From: Dickeya dadantii NCPPB 898
Lineage (GTDB): Bacteria > Pseudomonadota > Gammaproteobacteria > Enterobacterales > Enterobacteriaceae
Assembly: GCF_000406145.1 (NCBI RefSeq)
Contig: NZ_CM001976.1
Span: 3,419,263 to 3,451,262, forward strand
DNA: 32,000 bases
Direction of reading: 5' to 3'
The position numbers and the translations under genes were made by a program. Shown here piece after piece: positions 10,183 through 19,183 of the stretch (positions are counted from its first letter, which is position 1; each line of letters opens with the position of its first letter). Below the pieces are notes generated by a model. The model ran no database searches, was not told the DNA's origin, and saw only the letters and a program-made list of their open reading frames with translations.

Positions 10183-10491
10183 ATGATTAACTGTAAATTC
10201 ACCATCGGACAGCAGATTCGTCATAAGCTACTGGGATACCCCGGCGTCGTCATCGACATTGATCCTGAATACTCCCTTGAGCAGCCGAAGTGGGAGGAGC
10301 TAGCGGTCAATGACACCCTGCGAACGGCGCCCTGGTATCACGTGGTGATGGAAGATGAACAGGGCCGCCCTATTCACACCTATCTGGCGGAAGAGCAACT
10401 GGTCAATGAAGACCCCAACCCTTCCGAACATCCATCGCTGGATGAACTGGCCGCCACTATCCGGCGCCGCGCCCCGCGCCTGCTGCACTAA
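10183..10491 (+). CDS. hspQ: Heat-shock protein HspQ (hemimethylated-DNA-binding, YccV)
   Basis: A 102-aa ORF; KF.IGQQ.RH.LLGY.GVV.DIDP.YSL...[18 protein letters not shown] matches E. coli HspQ. GGGAGG lies 5 nt upstream. Confidence 0.93.
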   Translation: MINCKFTIGQQIRHKLLGYPGVVIDIDPEYSLEQPKWEELAVNDTLRTAPWYHVVMEDEQGRPIHTYLAEEQLVNEDPNPSEHPSLDELAATIRRRAPRLLH

Positions 10492-10597
10492 TATGTCATG
10501 ATTGCGGCGTGTGTTTGCCGTCAGCCCTGCGTTTAACGCCAATATTGTTTTTTACCGGAAAACCGTATTTTCTTTAGCGGAAAAGTGGCATGCCGGC

Positions 10598-11011
10598 CTA
10601 TTTTTCCAGCCCTAACCGGGGAATTTCGATTTTCGGGCAACGATCCATCACCACCGTCAACCCCGCGTCATGCGCCAGTACCGCTGCGGCTTCGTTGATG
10701 ACGCCAATTTGCAGCCACAGTACCCGCGCACCGATAGCTATCGCCTCCTGAGCGACTTCAAACGCCGCGTCCGGCTGGCGAAAGACATCGACCATATCAA
10801 CCGGTTCCGGAATATCGCCCAGTGACGCATAGGCGGTTTGCCCCAGCAGGGTTTGCCCCGCCAGACGAGGGCTAACCGGAATCACCCGGTATCCCTGCCC
10901 AAGCAGATAGGCCATCACCCCGTAACTCGGGCGAGCAGGATTCTCGCTGGCCCCGACCAGCGCAATGGTTTTCACCTGATTCAGTATCGCTTTAATAGCG
11001 TTGTCTTGCAT
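10598..11011 (-). CDS. yccU: CoA-binding domain protein YccU
   Basis: A 137-aa ORF collinear with E. coli YccU (TIALVGAS..P.RPSY.VM.YLL.QGY.VIPVSP...VVMDRCP.IEIPRLGL.K). Confidence 0.92.
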   Translation of the reverse strand: MQDNAIKAILNQVKTIALVGASENPARPSYGVMAYLLGQGYRVIPVSPRLAGQTLLGQTAYASLGDIPEPVDMVDVFRQPDAAFEVAQEAIAIGARVLWLQIGVINEAAAVLAHDAGLTVVMDRCPKIEIPRLGLEK

Positions 11012-11295
11012 GGTTGCCTCCGCGACCGTTGACCCTATAAGCGCCCGCTCTCAGGCATGATGCCGGAAAAACCGAAGGCGCCAGGGCACTGCCTGCTATC
11101 AGTGTAACGCAGAATACCAGCGCCGATACGTCGTGCCGGCAAAATCCATCGGCAGGCGCATTACAAGCGCATCGTGCTGCCTGACGGCCTATCTGCCCGA
11201 GGACTTATTAATAACCAAATATTTCATTTTTAAAATTTTGACACATTCTGTTCATTACTGAACAATACGGCGATAAGATCCGTAATGAGGCATGT

Positions 11296-11943
11296 ATGAA
11301 AACGATTCCCGCTATCGCCGCCACGCTGTGGTTGCTCACGCTCAGCTCTCTGGCGATGGCGACGACGCTGAAACTCAGGCCTGATATTGAACTGATGATG
11401 GTCGATGGGAAAAAGGTTTCCGGTTCGCTGCTCAACGGCGCAGATAGCCTCGAACTGGAAAAGGGTTATCATCAAATCGTTTTCCAGGCGCTGCGAACGG
11501 TTGGGTCATCCGGTGGGACAAAACAGACTTATCGCTCACCCGGTTTGATTGCCGTCTTCGACGCACACAACCTTAATGAAGTTTCTATCCGCCTTTCGGA
11601 CCTGGAAAGCCCGAATGCGCAGCGGGATTTCAGCCAGTCCCCCGATTATCAACTGGTAGACAGCAAAAGCCAGTCTATCCCGATCCGCACCGATGTGTTG
11701 CGCGCTGGCGAAGTAGAACTGTCCGGTGAAATCGAAAAACGTATGGCCGACTACAATCGTTCGAGTCAACCCGCGGCCGTTATTACCTTCGCGCAGCACT
11801 CCCCCGCAAAGGCTACCGTCACTACCAGCACGCCGGCCAATCCGCTGGATCCGCTCGGCATCATGCAATACTGGTTTCAGCAATCCGACAAAGGCACGCG
11901 CCAGCGATTTCTGGAATGGGCGAGAGAAAGGGAAGCCCAATAA
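11296..11943 (+). CDS. yccT: Periplasmic UPF0319/DUF2057 protein YccT (CsgI)
   Basis: A 215-aa ORF with a signal peptide (MKTIPAIAATLWLLTLSSLAMA|TTLKL). The N-terminal DGKKVSGSLL.GADS.EL and C-terminal YWF...R..FLEWA match E. coli YccT. Its position between yccU and mgsA is conserved. Confidence 0.88.
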   Translation: MKTIPAIAATLWLLTLSSLAMATTLKLRPDIELMMVDGKKVSGSLLNGADSLELEKGYHQIVFQALRTVGSSGGTKQTYRSPGLIAVFDAHNLNEVSIRLSDLESPNAQRDFSQSPDYQLVDSKSQSIPIRTDVLRAGEVELSGEIEKRMADYNRSSQPAAVITFAQHSPAKATVTTSTPANPLDPLGIMQYWFQQSDKGTRQRFLEWAREREAQ

Positions 11944-12070
11944 GTATGCTGATTTTACAGACAAAAAACGCTGTTTTTGGAAAGATGCTCGCATTTTTTC
12001 AGTCTGCCGCTTTCCACTGAAACTCTGTTTCCGTAATCTGTGAAAACTATACTGTTCGAAGGATGTCGCC

Positions 12071-12529
12071 ATGGAGTACACCACCCGCACAATCGAGGTG
12101 CACAAGCACATTGCACTGGTTGCGCATGATCACTGTAAAGAATCGCTGCTGGAATGGGTTAGCGCCAACAAGACCCAACTGGCGGAACACCATTTGTATG
12201 CGACCGGCACCACAGGCAACCTGATTCAGCTACACACCGGCCTGCCGGTCAGAAGCATGCTAAGTGGGCCGATGGGTGGTGATCAGCAGGTGGGCGCCCT
12301 GATCTCCGAGGAGAAAATCGACATGCTGATTTTTTTCTGGGATCCGTTGAACGCCGTGCCGCATGACCCCGATGTCAAAGCGCTGTTGCGCCTGGCAACG
12401 GTGTGGAATATCCCGGTCGCCACCAACCGTTCCACAGCAGACTTCCTGATTAACTCCACACTGTTCCGTCAGCCGGTTTCCATCACGATCCCGGATTATC
12501 AGCGCTACCTTCAGGGGCGCCTGAAGTAA
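12071..12529 (+). CDS. mgsA: Methylglyoxal synthase
   Basis: A 152-aa ORF; [12 protein letters not shown]...[10 protein letters not shown]...[54 protein letters not shown] is essentially the E. coli MgsA sequence. Confidence 0.97.
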   Translation: MEYTTRTIEVHKHIALVAHDHCKESLLEWVSANKTQLAEHHLYATGTTGNLIQLHTGLPVRSMLSGPMGGDQQVGALISEEKIDMLIFFWDPLNAVPHDPDVKALLRLATVWNIPVATNRSTADFLINSTLFRQPVSITIPDYQRYLQGRLK

Positions 12530-12552
12530 CCGCCGTTTTTCCGCCAGAGCTG

Positions 12553-12576
12553 CTGGCCGGCTACCCGGCCAGTTTT
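12553..12576 (+). terminator. Intrinsic terminator of mgsA
   Basis: CTGGCCGG-CTAC-CCGGCCAG forms a perfect 8-bp GC stem followed by TTTT. It sits in the convergent mgsA/helD gap. Confidence 0.75.
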
Positions 12577-12607
12577 CCCTTCAGAAAATAAACCAATAGC
12601 GTTACCG

Positions 12608-14665
12608 TTAGCCCGGCTTGCGCTGCATCGGCACGCCCAGTTGATGCAAGTCGTCCACAAACACCGAGGGTTCGTCACGATCGTACAGCAGCCACACCTG
12701 ATGTTTCGCCCTGGTCAACGCCACATATAACAAGCGGCGCTCTTCCGCATCCGGGAAAGGCTCCGGTCGTGGCAACAATACCGCTTCCAGCACCGATTCA
12801 CGCGGTGGCGCAGGAAAACCGTCACGCCCTTCATGCAGCCCCAGCACAATCACATAGTCCGCCTGCTGCCCCTTGCTGGCATGAATAGTCATGAAATCAA
12901 GCTGCAAATGCGGCCAGCGGGTCGGCGCCTTTTCCAGCGCATCAGGCCGTAAATGGTGATAACGCGCCAGCACCAGAATGCGCGCTTCCGTAGTCACATA
13001 CCCACTCATCTTGTCCAGCAAGGCCTCAAGCTGCTCCTGCGGCAGCAACACCACCGATTTTTTATTGCCGTCTCGCAGGCTGTTGAGTGTTTTTTTCAGC
13101 TGGGCTGGGTTTTGTTGAATGAAGCGGCCGGCGATATCGCCAATACGGTGATTAAAGCGATAAGTGGTATCCAGCACGCACTGCGCGCCTTCGCCAAAGT
13201 GCTGTTCAAATGCCGTGGTGAGCGTCAGCTCAGCGCCGCTGAAACGGTAGATCGCCTGCCAGTCATCGCCAACCGCAAACAAACTGCTGTCGGGATCCTG
13301 CCGTCGCAGCGCATCCAGCAAGCGGGCGCGCTGGGGAGAAATATCCTGAAATTCGTCCACCAGAATATGTCGCCACGGACTGACAAAACGTCCTTTGTCC
13401 AGGAAGTTGATCGCCTGATGGATCAAGCCGGAAAAATCCACCGCGCCTTCATCTTTCAACGCTTTTTTCCAGGCTTTCAGCAAGGGCGCCATTAACCGCA
13501 ACCGTTGCTGAAACAGCGGACGCGTTTCGTCATCGGCCAGCGCCAGCATCTCGCTCTGGGTGCCGCCCTGCATCCGCATCAGCCCCAGCCACCGCTCCAG
13601 CCGGCCGGCCAGCCGCGACGCGATAGCCGCATCCTGCCAGAAATTTCCCTCAGGCAGCGTCCACTCCAGTTCTTCGGTCAGCCACTGTCGCCATCCTTTC
13701 GCCTGGGTTTTCTTTTCGTCGCACTGCTGCTGCCAGTGCTGGATCAAAAATGCGCGCCGATGCGCGCCGTCGGTTTCCAGTTGGCTGATCACCGGTGCCT
13801 TGCGGCTGCACTGCTGAATGATGTGCAGCGCCAGCGCATGAAAGGTCTTGGCCTGAATATCGTCGGTGTGCAGCCGTTCACGAATACGGCCGTTCATTTC
13901 ATCCGCCGCCTGCCGGCCAAACGCCAGCAACAGGATCTGTTGCGCCGACGCTTCGGCCCGATGCAGCAACCAGGCGGCACGCGCCACCAACACCGACGTT
14001 TTGCCGCTGCCGGCGCCGGCCAGCACCAGCACGGCGTTTTCGCCATTCACCACAGCCTGACACTGGCTGGGATTCAACGGCGAACTTTCTACCGAATCGA
14101 AAAACGCTTTCTGCTCTATCAGAATCGTTTCCATCCAGCGCTGGTTGGCTTGCAGACGTAATGCCTCCCCCTGTTCCAGCCAGCGCAGACAACGCTGATA
14201 GTTGTCCCGGCAATGCTCAAACTCGTCCAGACGCGTCAGCGGCAGCGGTAACGCGGCGAATCCCGCCCGAATATCCTGCTGCACACGCGCCAGCGCCTGA
14301 CGGCTGAACCAGCCATCCGCCGTTTCCTGATTCGCAATCGTGTCCACCAGCTGTTGCAATACGTCTTTGCAGACATCGCTCATCTCCTGGCTCCAGCACT
14401 GCCAGGACTTGAACAGATGGCGGAAAAACTGCTGGGTCTCCTGCCACTCCGTACCGTGCAGGCGCACCACCTTGTTTTCCGGCAACTCGAACTCCAGCTC
14501 GCCCCAGATCAACCCTTTCTTGCAGCGAATCGCCAGCAATTGATTAAAAGGAATGAGATATTCATGTCGCTCACCGCTAACATTGACGCCGGCATTCAGC
14601 AATTGCACACGGTTGTAGGGATGCTGTGCCAGATGCTTACCCAACGAGGTCGATTTCAGTTCCAT
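12608..14665 (-). CDS. helD: DNA helicase IV
   Basis: Collinear with E. coli HelD from MELKSTSLGKHLAQHPYNR onward. It has the Walker A motif (LAGAGSGKTSVLVAR) and UvrD-type motifs (VDEFQDISPQR, TIHASKGQQADYVI). The ORF-track start at 14698 is a TTG 11 codons upstream without homolog support. Confidence 0.95.
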   Translation of the reverse strand: MELKSTSLGKHLAQHPYNRVQLLNAGVNVSGERHEYLIPFNQLLAIRCKKGLIWGELEFELPENKVVRLHGTEWQETQQFFRHLFKSWQCWSQEMSDVCKDVLQQLVDTIANQETADGWFSRQALARVQQDIRAGFAALPLPLTRLDEFEHCRDNYQRCLRWLEQGEALRLQANQRWMETILIEQKAFFDSVESSPLNPSQCQAVVNGENAVLVLAGAGSGKTSVLVARAAWLLHRAEASAQQILLLAFGRQAADEMNGRIRERLHTDDIQAKTFHALALHIIQQCSRKAPVISQLETDGAHRRAFLIQHWQQQCDEKKTQAKGWRQWLTEELEWTLPEGNFWQDAAIASRLAGRLERWLGLMRMQGGTQSEMLALADDETRPLFQQRLRLMAPLLKAWKKALKDEGAVDFSGLIHQAINFLDKGRFVSPWRHILVDEFQDISPQRARLLDALRRQDPDSSLFAVGDDWQAIYRFSGAELTLTTAFEQHFGEGAQCVLDTTYRFNHRIGDIAGRFIQQNPAQLKKTLNSLRDGNKKSVVLLPQEQLEALLDKMSGYVTTEARILVLARYHHLRPDALEKAPTRWPHLQLDFMTIHASKGQQADYVIVLGLHEGRDGFPAPPRESVLEAVLLPRPEPFPDAEERRLLYVALTRAKHQVWLLYDRDEPSVFVDDLHQLGVPMQRKPG

Positions 14666-14818
14666 GAGCCCTGTGCCATTTTCAGAAGAAATGTTCAAAG
14701 TTGTAGTGTAACCGCTATCCGACTTCGCGCTCTAGCCAGAAAAACACGTTAGAATAACCCGGCTAATAATGTGATAATTCGTTTCCCGTCATAGGGTTTG
14801 ACCGAGGGTAGTCATATC

Positions 14819-15265
14819 ATGCGAGCCGTACTTAATATCCTGAATTTCGTGCTGGGCGGTTTTTTCACCACGCTCGCCTGGCTGCTGGCCACCGCCGTCA
14901 GCATTGTGCTGGTATTTACCCTGCCGCTGACGCGCTCATGCTGGGAAATCACCAAACTGTCTTTGCTGCCATACGGCAATGAAGCCATCCATATCGATGA
15001 GCTGCGTCCGGAGCAGAAAAGTTCGCTGCTCAACGCCGGCGGCACGTTGCTGAATGTCTTCTGGCTGGTTGTTTTCGGCTGGTGGCTGTGCCTGTCGCAT
15101 ATCGTCAGCGGAATCGCCCAGTGCCTGACGATCATCGGCATTCCGGTCGGGATCGCCAACTTCAAAATTGCCGCCATCGCCCTCTGGCCGGTGGGGCGTC
15201 GCGTGGTGTCGGTGGAAGAGGCGCAAGCCGCCAGAGAAGCCAACGCCCGTCGGCGTTATCAGTAA
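14819..15265 (+). CDS. yccF: Inner membrane protein YccF
   Basis: From the ATG at 14819, MRAVLNILNFVLGGFFTTLAWLLAT...IGIPVGIANFKIAAIALWPVGRRVVSVEEAQAAREANARRRYQ is near-identical to E. coli YccF (148 aa). The ORF-track TTG start is 7 codons upstream. Confidence 0.95.
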   Translation: MRAVLNILNFVLGGFFTTLAWLLATAVSIVLVFTLPLTRSCWEITKLSLLPYGNEAIHIDELRPEQKSSLLNAGGTLLNVFWLVVFGWWLCLSHIVSGIAQCLTIIGIPVGIANFKIAAIALWPVGRRVVSVEEAQAAREANARRRYQ

Positions 15266-15283
15266 CCGAAACGGACCATCATC

Positions 15284-17809
15284 GTGCAACTGAGCGTTTC
15301 GACCAGCCTGCGGCGAGTCATCTACAACAGCGGTTGGCTGTATAACCTGCGGATCCTGATCGCGCTCAGCGGCGTGGCGTTCCTGCCCTGGTGGCTGGGT
15401 GTTCCCACCAGCACCATTCCCCTGGCGCTGGGCGTGGTGGCCGCCGCCCTGACCGATCTTGATGACCGGCTGTCCGGCCGCCTGTTTAATCTGCTGATTA
15501 CACTCGCCTGCTTTCTGGTCGCATCGGTGTCGATCGAACTGCTCTACCCGCACCCCTGGTTATTTGTCGTCGGCCTGGCGATCTCGACCTGGAGCTTTAT
15601 TCTGCTGGGCTCGCTGGGGCAACGCTACGCCACCATCGCTTTCGGCGCGCTGCTGATCGCCATCTACACCATGCTGGGCATTTCGCTTTACAGCGACTGG
15701 TATCAGCAACCGTTTCTGCTGTTGCTGGGCGCGTTGTGGTACAACTTGCTGACCCTGCTCGGCCACCTGCTGTTTCCTATCCGGCCGCTGCAGGACAATC
15801 TGGCGCGCTGCTACCAGCAACTGGCTCACTATCTGGAAACCAAATCCAACCTGTTCGACCCCGATATCGACGACACCGATCAACCGCTGATCGACGTGGC
15901 GATGGCCAACGGTCAACTGGTGGATACGCTCAATCAGGCCAAAGCATCGCTGCTGACAAGGCTGCGAGGCGATCGCGGTCAGCGCGGCACCCGACGCACA
16001 CTGCACTATTATTTTGTCGCGCAGGACATCCACGAGCGTGCCAGCTCGGCGCATATCCAGTATGAGCAGTTGCGCCATACCCTGCGCTACAGCGATGTGC
16101 CTTTTCGGTTCCAGCGCCTATTGTTCATGCTGTCCCGCGCCTGCCTGCAGGTCTCGCAGTCCATTTTACTGCAGCAAAAATACCAGCACGACTACCGTAT
16201 CGAGCGTGCCTTCTCTCATCTGGACGCTGCAATCGACAGACTGGCGGTTCAAGGTGCGGAAACGTTATCCATCAAAGCGTTACGCCATTTGCTCAACAAT
16301 CTGCGCGCGATTGACGCCCAGTTAATCAATATCCAGTCCGAGCAGACGCTCGAACGCCATAATCACCATCTCCCGGCAGAAAACCGACTATCGGACGATA
16401 AAATCGCCGGCTGGAGCGATATCAGGCTGCGCCTCAACCGCCATCTTACGCCGCAGTCGTCGTTGTTCCGCCACGCGGTGCGCATGTCGTTGGTACTGTG
16501 CATCGGGTACGCCATTATCCAGTTGACCGGTTTGCAACACGGCTACTGGATTCTGCTGACCAGTCTGTTTGTCTGCCAGCCTAACTACAACGCCACCCGC
16601 CGACGTTTAGCACTGCGTATTGTCGGTACGCTGGGCGGCGTGCTTATCGGCGTGCCGCTGCTGTATATCGTTCCGTCGCTGGAAGGACAACTGGCGCTGA
16701 TTGTCATCAGTGGTGTACTGTTTTTCGCGTTCCGCACCGTGCAATACGCACAGGCCACGCTGTTTATCACCCTGCTGGTGTTGATGTGTTTTAATCTGCT
16801 GGGCGAGGGACTGGAGGTAGCCATTCCCAGAGTGGTCGATACCTTGCTGGGCTGTGGCATCGCCTGGGCGGCGGTCAGCTTTATCTGGCCGGACTGGAAA
16901 TTTCGCGGCTTGCCTGCGGTGATCAACAAGGCTATGAACAATAATTGCCGTTATCTCGACGCTATCATGGTTCAGTATCATCAGGGCAAGGACAACGGAC
17001 TTCCTTATCGGATTGCCCGCCGCGACGCCCACAACAGCGATGCGGAACTGGCTTCGGTGGTGTCCAACATGTCCGCCGAACCGCATGCCCGACCGAACAC
17101 GATGGAAAATGCCTTCAGATTGATGTGCCTCAATCACACCCTGCTGGGGTATATCTCCACCCTGGGCGCGCACCGCGAACACATTCGTTCGGCCGAAACG
17201 CTACAGTTGCTGAATGATGCCGTCTGCTATGTCGACGACGCCCTGCATCAGGACAATGGCGACCAGGCCGCGCTGGACAGAGAACTGGACGCGCTGAAAA
17301 ACCGCATCCATGCCCAGTCGCCAGAGCAGGACAGTAAAGAGCAGTTGGTATTGCAACAGGTTAATCTCATCATTGGCCTGCTGCCGGAGCTGACGCAGCT
17401 AAAAAACCAAGATGATTGCCGAAGAGAATCGACCACAGGAACCGATGCATCGCCATCGACAGCAGACCTCGGCGCGCTAATTGAGCCGGGGAGGCCTGAA
17501 AGCCCGCGGGCTGGTGTTCTCGAACCATTCAATCAGCTCGCTGCGCATGCCTTGCGGCAGCGCCGCCTGATGGACGCCGCAGATGGCGCCGGCCAGCGCC
17601 AGCAGCACATTAACGCTCAGATTCTGGCTGACGGAACGCAGTTTAAGATAGCTGGTTTTTGCCCCGAGCCGATGCAATTCATCGATATTTCTAATTCCCA
17701 CTTTCCAGAGCAGTCGCTCCAGGTCGTGATTGATGTTCGGCAGGTCCTTCAGCCTGATGCAGCGTTTTTTGGCGGCTTTATCCTGCCGGGCCCCCTGAAG
17801 AGATTGTGA
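15284..17809 (+). CDS. yccS: Inner membrane protein YccS (FUSC/YccS family), with a reading frame about 120 codons longer than the E. coli homolog
   Basis: GTG start 18 nt after the yccF stop. It is collinear with E. coli YccS (717 aa) up to about residue 710 (…LLPELTQLKNQ). No stop occurs until 17807-17809, so the last 333 nt overlap tfoX on the opposite strand. The true 3' end is uncertain (see findings). Confidence 0.85.
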   Translation: MQLSVSTSLRRVIYNSGWLYNLRILIALSGVAFLPWWLGVPTSTIPLALGVVAAALTDLDDRLSGRLFNLLITLACFLVASVSIELLYPHPWLFVVGLAISTWSFILLGSLGQRYATIAFGALLIAIYTMLGISLYSDWYQQPFLLLLGALWYNLLTLLGHLLFPIRPLQDNLARCYQQLAHYLETKSNLFDPDIDDTDQPLIDVAMANGQLVDTLNQAKASLLTRLRGDRGQRGTRRTLHYYFVAQDIHERASSAHIQYEQLRHTLRYSDVPFRFQRLLFMLSRACLQVSQSILLQQKYQHDYRIERAFSHLDAAIDRLAVQGAETLSIKALRHLLNNLRAIDAQLINIQSEQTLERHNHHLPAENRLSDDKIAGWSDIRLRLNRHLTPQSSLFRHAVRMSLVLCIGYAIIQLTGLQHGYWILLTSLFVCQPNYNATRRRLALRIVGTLGGVLIGVPLLYIVPSLEGQLALIVISGVLFFAFRTVQYAQATLFITLLVLMCFNLLGEGLEVAIPRVVDTLLGCGIAWAAVSFIWPDWKFRGLPAVINKAMNNNCRYLDAIMVQYHQGKDNGLPYRIARRDAHNSDAELASVVSNMSAEPHARPNTMENAFRLMCLNHTLLGYISTLGAHREHIRSAETLQLLNDAVCYVDDALHQDNGDQAALDRELDALKNRIHAQSPEQDSKEQLVLQQVNLIIGLLPELTQLKNQDDCRRESTTGTDASPSTADLGALIEPGRPESPRAGVLEPFNQLAAHALRQRRLMDAADGAGQRQQHINAQILADGTQFKIAGFCPEPMQFIDISNSHFPEQSLQVVIDVRQVLQPDAAFFGGFILPGPLKRL

Positions 17810-18106
17810 CGCCAGTTCCAGCAGTCCCGACTCATCCCGCCAGAGCGCCTCACCCACCAGATAATAATTGAGCGGCACCGGCAGGCCGCGTTTGGTATAA
17901 ATCAGTTTGGGCGTCTGCTGGTCAAGGAAAAAGTCCTCGTTATGCTGCGCCGCGCGCAAATAGAGTTCTCCGCTGGAGACCAGCGCAAAAATCACCCCGT
18001 CCGCGGCAATGCTGTAGCCGCCGAACTGAGATCGAGAGAGAATATTCCCCAGCGGGGCAAACACGATTTTTGCCTGCAAAATCCTTTTTTCACATAGCCC
18101 TTTCAT
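17477..18106 (-). CDS. sxy: Competence regulator Sxy/TfoX
   Basis: A 209-aa ORF, the same length as E. coli Sxy with shared blocks (VFA.VS.GELYLRA, LNYY.V.E.LW, RLKDLPN, LGAK....LR, L.GAI.G.H.AALP). It is divergent from sulA, as in E. coli. Confidence 0.9.
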   Translation of the reverse strand: MKGLCEKRILQAKIVFAPLGNILSRSQFGGYSIAADGVIFALVSSGELYLRAAQHNEDFFLDQQTPKLIYTKRGLPVPLNYYLVGEALWRDESGLLELASQSLQGARQDKAAKKRCIRLKDLPNINHDLERLLWKVGIRNIDELHRLGAKTSYLKLRSVSQNLSVNVLLALAGAICGVHQAALPQGMRSELIEWFENTSPRAFRPPRLN

Positions 18107-18284
18107 TACTTTTTCCTTGTATTGAACGTTTTTTCCTGTTTACCAGAGACATCCGTAACTGGAACAATTAATTAAACACAGCAAAACTGCGTCTTCAAAT
18201 ACAAAAAATGTTATGCAGGCAACGACATAACGATTATGCGAAGCGCTTTCAGAAATTCCGGTTGATCTTTGCTCACACAAAAGA

Positions 18285-18304
18285 TACTGTACACCCATAC
18301 AGTA
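18285..18304. promoter_or_regulatory. LexA (SOS) box of sulA
   Basis: TACTGTACACCCATACAGTA fits CTGT-N8-ACAG perfectly and differs by one base from my recollection of the E. coli sulA operator. It lies 22 nt upstream of the sulA ATG. Confidence 0.9.
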
Positions 18305-18325
18305 ATGCTGTGAGGTAAAGAAATC

Positions 18326-18820
18326 ATGCGTACTCAAACCATCCGTTCCCGCCATGTCTGCCACTCGTCACACCTGGGCCATAACGCGATGCCGAAAACC
18401 GCCTCCAGCGGGTTCATCAGCGAAATCGTCTATGGTGATGATCATCCCATGCTGACGCCGTTGTTGCTTCCCCTGTTACAACAACTGGGATCGCAGTCGC
18501 GCTGGTTGCTCTGGCTTTCCCCACAGCAGAAACTCAGCCGCCTGTGGCTGCAGCAGGCAGGGTTGCCACTGGAGAAAATGATTGAACTGCACCGCATCAA
18601 TCCGGTATCGACCGTTGATGCAATGGAGAAAGCATTACTGACGGGTAATTACAGCGCCGTGTTGTGCTGGTTGCCAAATGAGCTGGATAATGAACAAAAA
18701 ATGCGGTTGCAAAGAGCGGCACAGCATGGAAATACCTATGGATTTATTATGCGTCCAGAGGAAAAAACAATCATAAGACCATTTTCCACACTAAAAATTC
18801 ACTCAAGATTGTATCACTAA
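18326..18820 (+). CDS. sulA: SOS cell-division inhibitor SulA
   Basis: A 164-aa ORF; ISE.VY.(E/D)D.PM.T.LLLPLLQQLG.QSRW.LWL.PQQKLSR.W...GLPL.K...TGNYS.V..WL...GFIMRP...LKIHS.LYH matches E. coli SulA. Confidence 0.93.
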   Translation: MRTQTIRSRHVCHSSHLGHNAMPKTASSGFISEIVYGDDHPMLTPLLLPLLQQLGSQSRWLLWLSPQQKLSRLWLQQAGLPLEKMIELHRINPVSTVDAMEKALLTGNYSAVLCWLPNELDNEQKMRLQRAAQHGNTYGFIMRPEEKTIIRPFSTLKIHSRLYH

Positions 18821-19008
18821 ATGAATATTAGGATTTTTCTTACAGGGATGTAGCAGGCCCCTCGCAGCCCCCGGAAATACAGTGCCCAGGATGTTATTGC
18901 GAAGTATTAATATCAAGAGACATCGGGTTAATCTGACAAAATCGTCCATTATTTGTTAGTAATTATGTATGAACGACTGATTTTTTCATGGCGTCTGTCA
19001 CATCATAC

Positions 19009-19183
19009 TTGTAACTTTCTCACCACGTTGTAGACTTTAGCTCGCTGGAGTTGCCCTTCCATAACGTCAGTTCACTGGCAGCAAGTAATTAGACCAAGGG
19101 CAATGTCTCCGAGAAAGGATTTTAACCAAAGGCTGATTAGCTTTCAGAGTTAATTGCCGATTTGGATGATAATGAGGCGTAAA
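19009..19183 (+). promoter_or_regulatory. ompA promoter and long 5' UTR
   Basis: CTTGTAACTTTCTCACCACGTTGTAGACTTTAG parallels my recollection of the E. coli ompA promoter (-35 TTGTAA at 19009-19014, -10 TAGACT at 19031-19036, 16-bp spacer). The conserved UTR 3' end TTGGATGATAATGAGGCGTAAAATG includes the region targeted by MicA in E. coli. Confidence 0.55.
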
